Below, piece by piece: positions 1 to 13,631 of a DNA stretch of 64,000 nt. The position numbers and the translations under genes are program-made. The notes beneath the pieces were generated by a model that made no database searches, was not told the origin of the DNA, and was given only the letters and a program-made list of their open reading frames with translations. Source of the DNA: Chrysomallon squamiferum (Eukaryota; Animalia; Mollusca). Location: the NCBI GenBank assembly GCA_012295275.1, contig CM022676.1, positions 6,262,001 to 6,326,000 of the forward strand. The letters run 5' to 3'. The stretch's first letter is position 1, and each line of letters opens with the position of its first letter.

Positions 1-263
1 GTACTTCTACGATATGTACCATACATGAAGCCGAAGGATGTGTATAAAGGCTATAACTCCAGCCAAAGGCGTTAAAATAATTTCTAAGCTGCGGATCTCT
101 GTTCATGAAAAGATGGAGAAACCCTAACCCTGTACACTTTACAAAACCAATTTATTTCTTTACATTTTCTTTTATTTTGTCATTTATACATACTTTTTTT
201 ATTATTATTATTTAAAACACGTTACAAAAAATTGGTGGTTTTAAGGGGGCTGGAACGGATTAA
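1..263. mobile_element. Possible right end of a piggyBac-like non-autonomous element
   Basis: Ends GGCTGGAACGGA-TTAA (248-263), nearly the reverse complement of TTAA-CCCATTCCAGCC at 44219-44234; TTAA/CCC termini are piggyBac-type. Confidence 0.35.
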
Positions 264-592
264 TGGTATTTCTATTAATTTCATTTGGGAAAATGGATTT
301 GATATACGAGCAATCACGGAACGAATTAAACTCGTAAGTCAAGGTACCACTGTATGTGTGTGTGTGTGTGTGTTTGTGTGTGTGTGATATAGTATATATT
401 ATGATATTTATGATATACAAGATACAACATATATATAACGTATATGTATTTAGACACGCACATACATAATACACTTGTTTAATCACATGTAATAAAAAAA
501 TGTATGCTCTATTACTAAACACAATAACAGACAATTTGATGTCATTATCATATAATTTGTGTAGTAACTTTACACAATTGATGTTTGTTTAG

Positions 593-698
593 ATTTTCCG
601 TGGTGATGATGAAACAGAAGTGTGTGGACAAATTATAAAACACACAGATGTCGAGAATGAAATGAAAAATAATTTTACCGTGCAATGTAGGTTTATTA

Positions 699-754
<56 letters not shown>

Positions 755-1093
755 TTTATTTTAATTATTATTATTACTATCATGTATAATTAGATGTTAT
801 AAAGCTAAAAACACATTTTATATACTTCCTAGTCATTTTTTTTTTTTTTTTTTTTTTTTTTAATTAACATAAACTTTTCATAATAATAACGTATTATAGT
901 ATTGTTTTGTGATATTATAAAAAGAGGAATAAAAGCATAACATATTTCAGTTTTGTTTTGTGACATATATTTTTGAAGATATAAATGTAAATAAATGTTA
1001 AAACGAATTTTTGCTTTTAATGTAATTATTATAATCATTGATATCGATTGTGTATTTAGGTCATTTTATTTAGAATCAGTTTTTGTGGGCATC

Positions 1094-1147
<54 letters not shown>

Positions 1148-1234
1148 TTGGTTTCTGTCACCATGTCTTTCAACATTAATATATGTAGAAAGTTTTGCAA
1201 CATTCATCCTTTTTTTTCAACCTGCATTAGCCCC

Positions 1235-1273
<39 letters not shown>

Positions 1274-1463
1274 TGTCTATCTGTGTACATGCATTATTAT
1301 ATAAAATACACTGAATAGATTTTACGTATAACATATCCATTATTATTTTCTTCTATTATCAATTTCAGTTTCGCCTGGCTTGGACGTTTTCAGCAAAGTA
1401 ATTCTCCTTGGAGCAACGTTTCTCGTTGACTTCAACTACTTCGAAGACGACAAAACTCGTTGA
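593..1463 (+). CDS. PLSCR: Phospholipid scramblase paralog A, last two coding exons (593-686, 1369-1463); 5' exons lie outside the window
   Basis: AG/GT-bounded exons in phase: IFRGDDETEVCGQIIKHTDVENEMKNNFTVQ / FSPGLDVFSKVILLGATFLVDFNYFEDDKTR*. C-terminal K..LLGA.FL.DF..FE helix typical of scramblases; clearly homologous to the last two exons of the minus-strand copy. Confidence 0.88.
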
Positions 1464-2261
1464 CTTATTACCTCCACAGTTACATTCACATGTTGACATC
1501 ATAAATAAGCTTTTAGATAAATCTGTCTTTATTGTTCTCAAGTGCTTTTTCCAAGATATTTTGTTTTAGCCAAAGACTGACGATTTTGTTGATATAATTA
1601 TCCGCCATCTTTCTTCTTCAGGTTATATAGTTTTATAAGTAATTTTTATGTTTTTAATCTTCTACTGTTACAAAGTTTTAGTTATATATGCACAAGGACA
1701 CACACACACACACACAGAGTAGACTGTCATCACTGTTTTAAACATCTATAATGTGTATGTATGTATGTGTGTGTGTGTGTGTGTGTGTATATAAATATAT
1801 ATATATATATATATAGCACATAGTTGTTTTCCTTTTAAAATCATTGCATTCTAAATATTTATATATTTTTAGACTTTTTCAGAAGCATACTTATTTGGCA
1901 GTAAATAATTATTATTATTTTTTTTTTTTTTTTAGAATTTTTGTTCATTGCTTCTATTTTTATTTAATAGGAAAGTTTGGGTAATTTCAGATGAAAAGGA
2001 ACTTTTAGAGAAATGAAGTTGTACTAAGTGCCTTGTAGGTTTATTTATTTATAAATTTACCTCGTCATCATAATATTTTAATGTCAGTTTTGTTCCACCA
2101 TTTTACTGATCAAATATTTATTTAATATATACTTGTTTTTCACGTGTGTATATTTATATTTAGTTCTTTATATTTCATTTTTAAAACTTGTGCAAAAAAT
2201 TTCTGCTATGTAAAGAATCTTTGAGTTGTAGTAACTTTCAGTATCATAATTCAAATTGAAC

Positions 2262-2297
<36 letters not shown>

Positions 2298-2478
2298 TAT
2301 CAGATTATCAATGTATTCTCTATCTTTCATATTTTAATTGCTAGATTAGTACCCATTAATTAACCAGAATAAACTGGAAAAAGATTCAGTTGGACGCAGG
2401 TTGTACCTAATTTGATGTGTACAAATGCCAAATATATTTTGCAAGCTACCAAATTATTTTCTGTATGAAAATAATATA

Positions 2479-2531
<53 letters not shown>

Positions 2532-3604
2532 TCGGTTTTTAAGAAGAATGAAGAGTTAAGATTTTTCAATTTAATGTAATGTAATTTAAATAAATAAATA
2601 AATAAATAAATATAAAATGTAAAAAAAAAAAAATTTTAATAAATATTCTTGTATCTGTATAAAATGTCTGTTTTTAATGAGTCTCAATATATGTTTTATA
2701 TTTTAATTTATTGTTTTATTTATTCCAGATACCAGTTAGATGCCCCTGACATGCAGAAATCACCCATTTTAAAATATATTTCCACTCCCTCAAAAATCAT
2801 TTGCTGATATTTATTTTATCTTTCAATTTTTTTTTAAGTTTGTAAAATATTAGAACCCGAAGCAAAATAGACTAGTTTACAATGAAGGAAATGAAAACAG
2901 AAACGGAAAAATACCACAGCGACTGCGCACTGCTTTCCAGTGTTGTTGGAAATGTCAAGGCCAAATATAATAATAATAATAATAATAATAAGTTTTTCTC
3001 CAAGATGATCTTTATAAAAAGGCAGTACATGCATGCGCACACACGCATACATTAGCACTTATAAACACTCGCATTGTTCATACAAACAGATCAACGAAAT
3101 ATATATATTATTTCTCCTTTACCAAATGTCTGAATATGATTTGGTTACAAAAGCATATATTTTTCCTCTTTTCCTATTCTTTAAAATTATTATTATTATT
3201 GTTGTTGTTGTTGTTTGTGTAGAAGGAGAAAAAGTAATGCTCTTCCCAGTTAGTTGAAGTCGTTACAGAATAACAAAATACAGATACAAAAATAAAACTA
3301 TTTTAAAAATGACCAGTCTAATAATATAGCTTAAAACACTATATATGCATCATCAAAAATTATTCAGATTTAGCTTAAGTTCTTGTCAAGAGATAGAAAG
3401 TTCAGATAAAAAGTAAAATAGTTATATTATCGTTATCTTGCATAACCAAGTACTTCAGTACATAATACAGTCACATATCTGTCATGTAAGATAAAGAAAT
3501 CAAATACATGTATGTACTTTCAAGAGACTGAATGATATATTACTGACGTAAGCTTCATTTGTTTTCGTTATCTCTTTTTAGTGTCAATATTATACAGTGT
3601 GCGC

Positions 3605-3642
<38 letters not shown>

Positions 3643-4231
3643 AATACTACCAAACAAATCCACCCCAAAACATAATAATTAAATCATAATAAAAGAAACA
3701 ATGATAATAAAAATAAAAATAAATTACTGGTGAATACAGCAGTGAAAATAGGAAAGGACTTCAAAAATGAATAAAGAAAAAACAAAATAGTTTCTGTTTC
3801 TTTCTTGCTAGAAGCATGCATAATAATAATTTCAGTTAATTTTTAATTTAATTATATTAAATTAATGTTTAATAACACCATAGCGCACAAACACACAAAA
3901 CAAAAGAAACCATCTCAATAAATTATTTCCTAGCTGGTTCATTTTCTTTAATTATAACGTCATTATTATTTTTTAATTAGCAAAGGCTGGTCTAGGTTCA
4001 AATAAAATTATCAGTTAAAAGCATATCATATGTTATTTATTTAGAACATTAATTTGTTTACCACATCCGACTTTCGATAATAATTATTTCACAAATGTCA
4101 GTATCTAAATCTATTGACTTCAGCTTTTGTTATCGCAAAAAAAATAAAACAAACTGTTAATTATAATTAAAAAGCTTTTTGTGACTCGTTTAGTTAATAT
4201 TCCGTGGGGGACGATTAATTGCAAAATTGAA

Positions 4232-4277
<46 letters not shown>

Positions 4278-5137
4278 AGAAACAGCAGTGTGTTATGATT
4301 TATAAACTGATCTTCAAATACCGCAGATTCACTGCTTACCAATTTTTTATTTTTCATAAACATGTGTCTCTGTTATTATAAGTGTAAGTGGGTGTACGAG
4401 AAAGAGATAGAGTTAACTGTTATTATAAAACAAAATTCTTGTATAAAATTTAAAGGGAATAATTATGTCTATGTGAATGTACGAGAAAGAGACAAATAAT
4501 TTTTTTTTTTACAAAACAAAATTTTTGTATAAAATATAAAGGGAATAATAATAGTTTTAAGGGTTTGTCGTAAAATAATGGTGGACTGTTCTCACGAAAG
4601 GAATTTACGTAAGATAAACGTCTGCTACTGCAAAAACCAAATTCACTATTTTTCAATATTTCAAAAATGAAAAATAGAATAATAATGTTGCAAAGTGTGT
4701 AAGTGTTAAAAAATTAATGGGTATGATTTAAATTTTATTTCAAAGATGTCAGTGGATTGTTATTTTCCATTAATAAATAATGATAAAAACAAAGCGAAAT
4801 AACGCACCTGTTTTTGAGACTGAGTGACAACAAAAATAATCATATATTTATATTCCCCATAGTGACAGCGAAGATATCATCTGAATTAGCTCGTTATGAA
4901 AATAACAGATTTCCAGTATCAACTGTTTTTAAAATTGAATATAATGAAGATTATGAAATTAATTATGTTGATAAAGCGAAATACAAACTTCTAAATCTTT
5001 GTTTCTTATAATTGTTCTTTTTTCATATATATATATATATATATGTGTTTCTTTGCCATCCTGATTTAATTAATAAAACAGTACAACAATAGAAGAGTGA
5101 AGGGTATAATTAATGCTACCATTTTACTCTATTACTC

Positions 5138-5173
<36 letters not shown>

Positions 5174-7280
5174 ATTGTTATTATTTTTTATCCAGTCTTC
5201 AAGTGTACCTTGGATTTAATTAGTAAAAAAGTGTAGTAACAAAAGAATATAATTGCTGCTACTGTTTTCTGTAGTTCTGCCAAAATGGACTTGTTTGTTC
5301 TATTTCTTTCAGAACCCTCCCGACCCAGATAATTCAGTTTGCCATCTAATAGGAAGGACAGGGTGTGAGAAGACTTGGGGAGGGGGTAAGAGTACAAAAA
5401 TAGTGCAGTGCAAAAATAAGATTATTGTAGCGCATTTTTTTTTTTTTTTTGCCCTTGCCATTTGCAACAATGCTGGAAAGCAGCATGCAGTCTCTGTAGT
5501 ATCTCTCCATTTCCGTTTTCATTTCCTTCACTGGAAACTAGTCTATTTTGTTTCAGGTTCTAATGTTTTGATAAATTTTAAAAATTGTAAGAAAAAAGTA
5601 AAACAGGGCAAATGATTTTTGGGGATGTGGAAATATATTTAAAAATGGCAGGTTTCTGTCCTTTTGGACTTAAAGAGGTAAATACAGAGGCTTTTTTTAA
5701 TATTATTTTAAAGATAAATAGACCAAACACAATGAAATAACTAAGAAAGAGTGTTAAGACTATTAATTTATAATTCCACATGTTTCCTTTAAAATCCATC
5801 ATTATTTATGTTCTTAATTTTGTTAAAGTTTTTTTTTGTAATCTAATATCCAGGTTTTTTTTCAAAAATCTTAATCAATATGAATGCATCCACACATTCT
5901 TTATTGAAAAATGTCATTCTACATTTGTTCAAAAGTTTGCTGTATTTCATATTTTATTATTATCACACTGCAACTTAAATAAATGTAAAAAAGTAGTTTA
6001 AAATCCATAAAATATTTTTAAAATTTTTTTTAAAAATAATAATGAAAAAAAAAAACCAGAAGAAAAACAAAGCTTATTACATTAAATACTTTATTAGCAA
6101 AAACAAAAGTAAATTAAAATATATTCACACCCCAAAAATCACAGACATTTTATTATTTTATTCAGATACAAGAATATTTGTTTTGTTTTCTGAATTTTTT
6201 TTTGTGTTTATTTATTTATTTATTAAATTACATGACATTAAATTGAAACATTTTAACTTTTCATTCTTTTTAAAAAGCTATATTATTATTATTGTTTATT
6301 TTTTGTAAAGACTGATTACAGTAGCCTGCAAAATATATTTGGCATTTGTACACATCAACAAAGGTACAACTTGCTTCCATTTGAATCTTTTTCCTATTTA
6401 TACTGGTTAATTGATGGGTACTTATCTAGCAAATAAAATACAAAAGCTAGAATATACTTTCATAATCTTATAAAAAAACATTAGTTCAATTTTAAATCTG
6501 ATATTGAAAGTTATTACAAATCAGAAATTCTCAACACAGTAGAATTACTTTACACAGTATTAAACATGCAATATAAAAAGTAAATATAAATATACACACA
6601 AAAAAAAACAAATATATATATATATAAATAAATATTTGATCAGTTAAAATATACAACAAAATTGACATTAAAGTATTATGATGATGAGGTAAAAATAAAT
6701 AAATAAAACTATAAAAACGAGTTCAACAATAAACAATTTTCAAAATCAGTAAATTTTTATAAATAATGTGGCTTTTTTTAGTGATAAATTATTATTATTA
6801 TTGTTACTGTTATTTATTTATTTATTTGTTTATGGACAAATTTCAAAACAACAAAATTAATAATAAAAATCAAGTTACAAATATTGTTCATAAATATATT
6901 TGAGGACTGAGCAAATATGTCTTTGTGAGTTTATGTATGTGAATATATATATATATTGTTTTTTGTTTAAAGGCACTTAATAAAATCCAGACTTCCCTAT
7001 TATATAAAAATAGAAGCAGTCAACAAAAATTCTAAAAATTAATAAATATTTAGGTCTGAGAACACAAAGTTATTAAATAAAAATGCTATATGCTGTATAT
7101 ATATATATACATTGTAGATGTCTAAAATAGTAATGATGGTCTATGCTGTGTGTGTGTGCATGTGCACATATAACTAAAACTTTGCAACAGTAAAACATTA
7201 AAAACATAAAAATTACTCATAAAATTTTAACCTGAAGAAGAAAGACTGTGGATAATGAAAATTGAATTTCTTAGTCTTTG

Positions 7281-7627
7281 GTTAAAAATTGTTTTTAAAA
7301 AAACAAAAAAACAAAAAACTTTAGAAAAATAAACATAAATTTATCCAAAAGTTCATTTATGATGGTGTCATCATGTTAATGTAACCAGTGGAGATGTATA
7401 ATTCAGTCAACAGCTTTGTACAAGACATTAAAACATTCATTTGTTGCCGCTGTATTCAAAGTTAAAAATTGTTTAAAAAAAAAAAAAAAAATAATAAAAA
7501 AAAATCTTTAGAAAAATAAAGCATATATTTATCCAAAAGTTTATTTATGATGTCATCATGGAGATGTATAATTCAGTCAACAGCTTTGTACAAGACATTA
7601 AAACATTCATTTGTTGCCGCTGTATTC
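7281..7627. repeat. ~175-bp tandem duplication of the scramblase B stop codon and proximal 3'UTR
   Basis: gagatgtataattcagtcaacagctttgtacaagacattaaaacattcatttgttgccgctgtattc is identical at 7391-7457 and 7561-7627. Confidence 0.93.
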
Positions 7628-7701
7628 GAAGTAGTTGAAGTCAATGAGAAATGTTGCTCCAAGGAGAATTGCTTTGGTCAGCACATCCATACCAGACGGA
7701 A
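7607..7701 (-). CDS. PLSCR: Scramblase B exon 6 (terminal)
   Basis: FPSGMDVLTKAILLGATFLIDFNYFEYSGNK*, cag acceptor. Confidence 0.92.
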
Positions 7702-8423
7702 CTGAAATTGATAATAGAAGAAAATAAATTTACTGATATGTAAAATCTAATAAGAGAATTTTATATAATAATGCACACACACACACACACACACACACAC
7801 AGATAGCCAGACAGAGAGACAGGGCTAGTGAAGGCTGAAAAAGTATAAATGTTGGAAAAATATGCTACTGCATATATTAAAAATATTAATGTTGAGAGAC
7901 ATGGGAACAGAAATAAATGAAATGTTTATGATTATAAAACACTGACACACACGCACACATGTACACACAAAATAAATATGCCCACAAAAACCGATTCTAC
8001 ATAAAATGACCTAAATACACAATCAGTATGAATGATAACACACTTGTAAGATTGTCGTCAAAACAAGAAATTCCGTTTCAACATTATTTACATTTCTATC
8101 CTCAAAATGATGTCACAAAACTCAATACTTTATCATTAGCAAAGGTTGATGTTAATTAACAAACAAAACAAAACCAATCAATTTGAAAAGTATATGAAAT
8201 GTTTTAAAGCTTTCATTCCTGTTTTTATGTCACAAAACAATACTAAAATGCCGTATTATTATGTTAATTATAAAAAAAAAATAAAATAAAATAAAATAAA
8301 ATAAAAACAACTAGGATTTACATAAAATGTACTCATGGCCTTATTCCTGTTTATAAACATCTAATTGTACATGATGGTAATAACAGTAATTAAATTAATA
8401 ACAATAACAACAACAACAACAAC

Positions 8424-8511
<88 letters not shown>

Positions 8512-11500
8512 GTAATAATAATAATAGTAATAGTAATAATAATAGTAATAATAGTAATAATAATAATCATAACTATAATAATAATAATAATAACTATAAT
8601 AATAATAGTAATAATAATAATAATAATAGTAATAATAATAACAATAATAATAATAATAATAATAATAATAACTATAATAACAATAATAATAATAATAACT
8701 ATAATAACAATAACAATAACAATAATGATAATGTTATTGTAGAATGTATTAAACTCACATCGCAGGGTGAAATCATTGGCCCCACCGAACACCTCCCTGC
8801 AGCCCCCCCAGTGTTTTATAATTTGTCCACTCTCTTCGGATTCATCATCACCACGGAAAATCTAAACAAACATCAATTACGTAAAGTTACTACACGTTAC
8901 ATAACATGATGTCAAATTGTCTTTTATTGTTTGTGTATTCAGTAATGTATGATATATTTATATATTACATATACATGATGAAACAATTATATTATGTATG
9001 TACCTGTGTATGTGCATGCACTTACACACACACACATATATTATATGCATAGCTTATTATGTAAGTATATATCAAGTATCATAAATCATACTGTATCTTG
9101 AGTATCACATACCATAAATATGACATATGTAATACACTCACGATATACAAATCTATACACACGAGATACATACATACATACATACATACATATATGTACA
9201 TATCAAGACTTGATGTTTCAAAAGATTTTAAATTTAAAAACTGACATCAGTTAATGCTTTTTCACTCTTTTACAAATGCATTTACTATTACAATCCTTTC
9301 TGACCATAAATCATTTTACCCCAAACTATTCTGTTTCCTTTTCTCAAAAACAAAAAAAAAAAAACTTGGATTAAAAATATTACTTTTTAAAATTATCATC
9401 CTTATTTTGGAAATGTAAATTACTGGCTTAATTCTAATGCTGTTTACCTTAAAAATAACATCGGCACAACATTTGCAATAACAGCACTCTCCAAGGATGG
9501 TAAAGAGAGGGGTTCCATTCATGTCGAATACTCTGTACCTAGGAGTCCAACATGTCCATCTGTAACAGACAACAACAAAATACTGAAGCCATGTACAGAT
9601 TTTGAATTACAAAACAGAATTTAAAAAAATATATATTTAAAATCTCTTATGTGATTATTTTTGGAAAAATCTGCTATGATAAACCATTCTGTAGGAGGAG
9701 ATTCAAGGCATTCACTTGGATTTTCTGGTTAACCAATTTTATTTGTTTATTTTGTTTATTTGTTTGTTTATTTGCTTATGTCTTTATTTCTTTATTATTT
9801 ATTTTATTTATTTATTTAGTGTGGGTTTTTTTAAAGCACAATTTGAATTACAAAGCACAATTTAAAAATAATAAAGTATTAAAATTCTAAATCTTTTATG
9901 TGATTATTTTTTTTAAAATTTATTACCCTCAGCCATTCTGTGGATGAGTAACAAGGCACTCACCATTTTTATTTATTTGTTAGTTTGTTTATTAGTATTT
10001 TTTATTTATTTATTTATTTATTTATTACAATTTAAAAAAAAAAAATGTATTAGTGTTTTGTTTTTTAATAATGAAATTACTTTTATCTTGAAAACGTTCC
10101 TCCATTTTGATTATTCTTAAAATCTCTCATCTAGACCAGATGTATGTGTATTTGCCAGAATGTTTTTAAAAACTAAATTTAGACAGCAGCCAAATATTTT
10201 TCCTGAAGCACAAACTAAATTTAGAAGCAGCCAAATATTTATTTTTTTGTTGTTTGAGTCATCATACATTATTTTAACAAGAAGTTACATATTAACTGCA
10301 AAGCATTGAAAAAAATTATGGAAAAAGAAGTTAAAACTTGTTCAAAGATTTATTTAATAACTGCAGAAATAAACTGTAGAATGCTGCCCATTTTAAGAAA
10401 ATCTCTGTCGTATTACAAGACATGGAGAGTAAGATATCACTGAATGAAGAAACAGGCACAGCAAAAACTTTTTCTTTTCAATTTCTATAAGCAAAATAAT
10501 ACAACTATAGTGTGTGTGTGTGTATGTGTGTGTGTGTGTCTTTATCAATATCTATAATTTATATATATATGGTTAATTATTATTATGCTTACATATTTTA
10601 TTAAGAATTATTTTATTTTTTTATTTTGTTAAAAAATGACTCACATTTGTTTGATGGTTGCTATGGGAACCCCGGCCGGTGAATGTATTTCCATTTCTTG
10701 AAGATAACAGCACCAGAACATGCTACCTTGGCAACGGAGTGGCCGATGCAGCTGGATTAAATTAACTCCTTCGTTGTCGGTGATGTTCATGACAAATGGC
10801 CGAAGTGTTCCACACATCTGTCGGGTACAACAGTCAGTGTCTGTAGAAAACAGAAATTAAGTGTCTGTACAAAACAGAAATCAGTGTCTGTACAAAACAG
10901 AAATCAGTGTCTGTAGAAAACAGAAATGAGTGTCTGTAGAAAACAGAAATGAGTGTCTGTACTAAACAGAAATCAGTGTCTGTACAAAACAGAAATGAGT
11001 GTTTGTACAAAACAGAAATCAAGTGTCTGTAGAAAACAGAAATCAGTGTCTGTAGAAAACAGAAATGAGTGTCTGTACAAAACAGAAATCAGTGTCTAGA
11101 AAACAGAAATCAGTGTCTGTACAAAACAGAAATGAATGTCTGTACAAAACAGAAATGAATGTCTGTACAAAACAGAAATCAGTGTCTGTACAAAACAGAA
11201 ATCAGTGTCTGTACAAAACAGAAATGAGTGTCTGTAGAAAACAGAAATCAGTGTCTGTAGAAAACAGAAATCAGTGTCTGTACAAAACAGAAATCAGTGT
11301 CTGTACAAAACAGAAATCAGTGTCTGTAGAAAACAGAAATCAGTGTCTGTAGAAAACAGAAATCAAGTGTCTGTAGAAAACAGAAATCAGTGTCTGTACA
11401 AAACAGAAATGAGTGTGTGTGCAAAACAGAAATGAGTGTCTGTACAAAACAGAAATCAAGTGTCTGTACAAAACAGAAATCAGTGTCTGTAGAAAACAGA

Positions 11501-13325
11501 AATCAGTGTCTGTACAAAACAGAAATGAGTGTCTGTAGAAAACAGAAATCAGTGTCTGTACAAAACAGAAATCAGTGTCTGTACAAAACAGAAATGAGTG
11601 TCTGTAGAAAACAGAAATCAGTGTCTGTACAAAACAGAAATGAGTGTCTGTACAAAATGATAGTTAACATGTCTGTAATTCAGAAAATCAGAAGTTTAGT
11701 GTGAACATAAAACAGAAATCAATGTTTTAGAAAAGTTAAGAAATTTAGTGTCTCAAATTTTAAATTTCAGTTAATTTTAAAAAAACAGAAATTTTATGAT
11801 TTGGATAACATAAAATTTAAATCAATGGACAGAACAGTTAACATAAAATTTAAATCTCAATGTTTTATAATTTCAGTTAACATAAAAAGTAATTCAGTGG
11901 TATTTCATAAGTTTGGATGAACATAAAATTTAAATCTCAGTGTTTTATAATTTTTAGTTAACAAGATTTAAATCTCACTATTTCATAATTTCACTTAACA
12001 TAAAATGTTATGATTTCATCATATGTTACTGAGACTTGGTTGACAGACATTTAGCTGAACAGACATTACATAACAATTAATATATTTTATTACAACTGAT
12101 GGGCAATACTAAATTTTTTGTAATCATGCAACTTGTGTGTTGTTGTAGCTTGTTTTTTTTATTTTTGTTTTATAAAGCAATAAAAAAAAAATAATTAAAT
12201 TAAATTTTTTTAAAAGAAAAGATAAATAAAATTAAGAGTGGCATAGGGCACATGTCTGTTCTGCTGATTGTCCATTTGGTCTAGTGTCCATTTCTGTTTG
12301 GTCATCTGTCTGGTCAAGGTTCATAATAAAGCTGTATTTTTACCTTCCTTTGCAAACATAAACTGCTGATCTGCACTGTTGCATATTCTGTATTTGTTGT
12401 TCTTCTCCCATCCTATCACAACTGTAAAAAATAATTTTGAAATAAATTTATATTAAATTGGTTAATGGTATGGAGCAGTTACAACAGAAATGTACCATAA
12501 ACGATTAATTTGATAGATCTCAATTCAAGAGATTTCAAATTTAGCAGAGAACAAAATTTACTACCGATTCTTTCTGCTGTTGGGCAATACTATCGATTTC
12601 GGCAAAGGCTCTTCAATGAGTTAAGAACAATATGTTTTAAATTTTTAATATTTAATATATATATAAAAAACAAAAAAAAACACAAATGAAATTAATAAAG
12701 AAAACTTTTTATTTTATCCTCTGACTAAGAATTAACTGGAAAGAGAATATAAATGTGTAATTAAAAATATTGCAAATCTATATAAATGCTCCTGTCTGCA
12801 GTTCAAGTATAGGAAATGTAAAAAATGTATTCACTTTGCTCCCAATGGAAAAACCAAGAGTGTTGTGTACCCTTCTATCTTGTAATGACCTCAAATTGAT
12901 TGTAGTAGATATATCTTATAAATACATTCTATTGTTTACTCACTAAAATTAGTTTTTTTATTATTCCATTTTTTTTAAAAAAAATTTAAAGAAGAAGAAG
13001 AAAAAAAGCCACCTTTTCTTACATATTTCTATGAAATGTAAAAGTAAAGAAAACAAATTTTGGAAGTCAATTTGATTTAATAACCATGATTAATTATGTG
13101 ATCTAAACTGTAAAATTATTATAAAATAATTCTGGTTTCTAAGTATTATTATAGATTTCAAAATGTATGTATAGTTATCTGAATACCACAAACAAAATAA
13201 TAATAAAATATTTATTTTTTAATGAGAATTTTATTTTTTATTTAAATTTGCATGATTTTCTCCTTTCTTTTGCTTTTTTTTTTTTTTTTTTTTTTTTTAG
13301 TTTTCTGTGTATATGTGTCTAACTA

Positions 13326-13360
<35 letters not shown>

Positions 13361-13597
13361 AGAATCACTATTACATAATGCAAGTAGACAGCCTCGACAT
13401 TCATGGTGTTTGGATAACTGCAAAACCAGAATCAAGACACGGTGAACAACCTTGACCTCGTTTTAAATTCCACTCCTGTTTATTTCTCCGTGTTTGTGTG
13501 TGTATGTGTGCATATACACACACACTCACAATTTTATAAATTGATATTTACTGTATTTTGTTTATTTCAATGGTTTTATATAAAAAGCAATCTAAAA

Positions 13598-13631
<34 letters not shown>

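Larger units (their letters stand above)
380..9110. repeat. Inverted segmental duplication: arm ~380-2965 versus arm ~5440-9110 (reverse complement)
   Basis: Exons, introns, 3'UTRs and downstream DNA align in inverted orientation (e.g. 2290-2600 vs 6200-6500; 1500-1760 vs 7110-7380; 2740-2965 vs 5440-5660). End points are approximate. Confidence 0.88.

Noticed and set aside
118-131. AACCCTAACCCT telomere-like motif
   Set aside because: Only two units; not a telomeric array.
8361-8792. Poly-Ile ORFs of 143 and 125 aa
   Set aside because: Translation of an (AAT)n microsatellite; only the first few codons overlap the true scramblase exon 5.
10834-11704. CRISPR-like array or repeat-protein ORFs (11065-11352, 11390-11704, 10834-11022)
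   Set aside because: Units are contiguous with no unique spacers, there are no cas genes, and the context is a eukaryotic intron; the ORFs are translations of the 23-bp minisatellite.
12035-12320. Weak inverted repeats (gacatttagctgaacagacat / atgtctgttctgctgattgtc)
   Set aside because: Too degenerate to define a MITE; no TSD.
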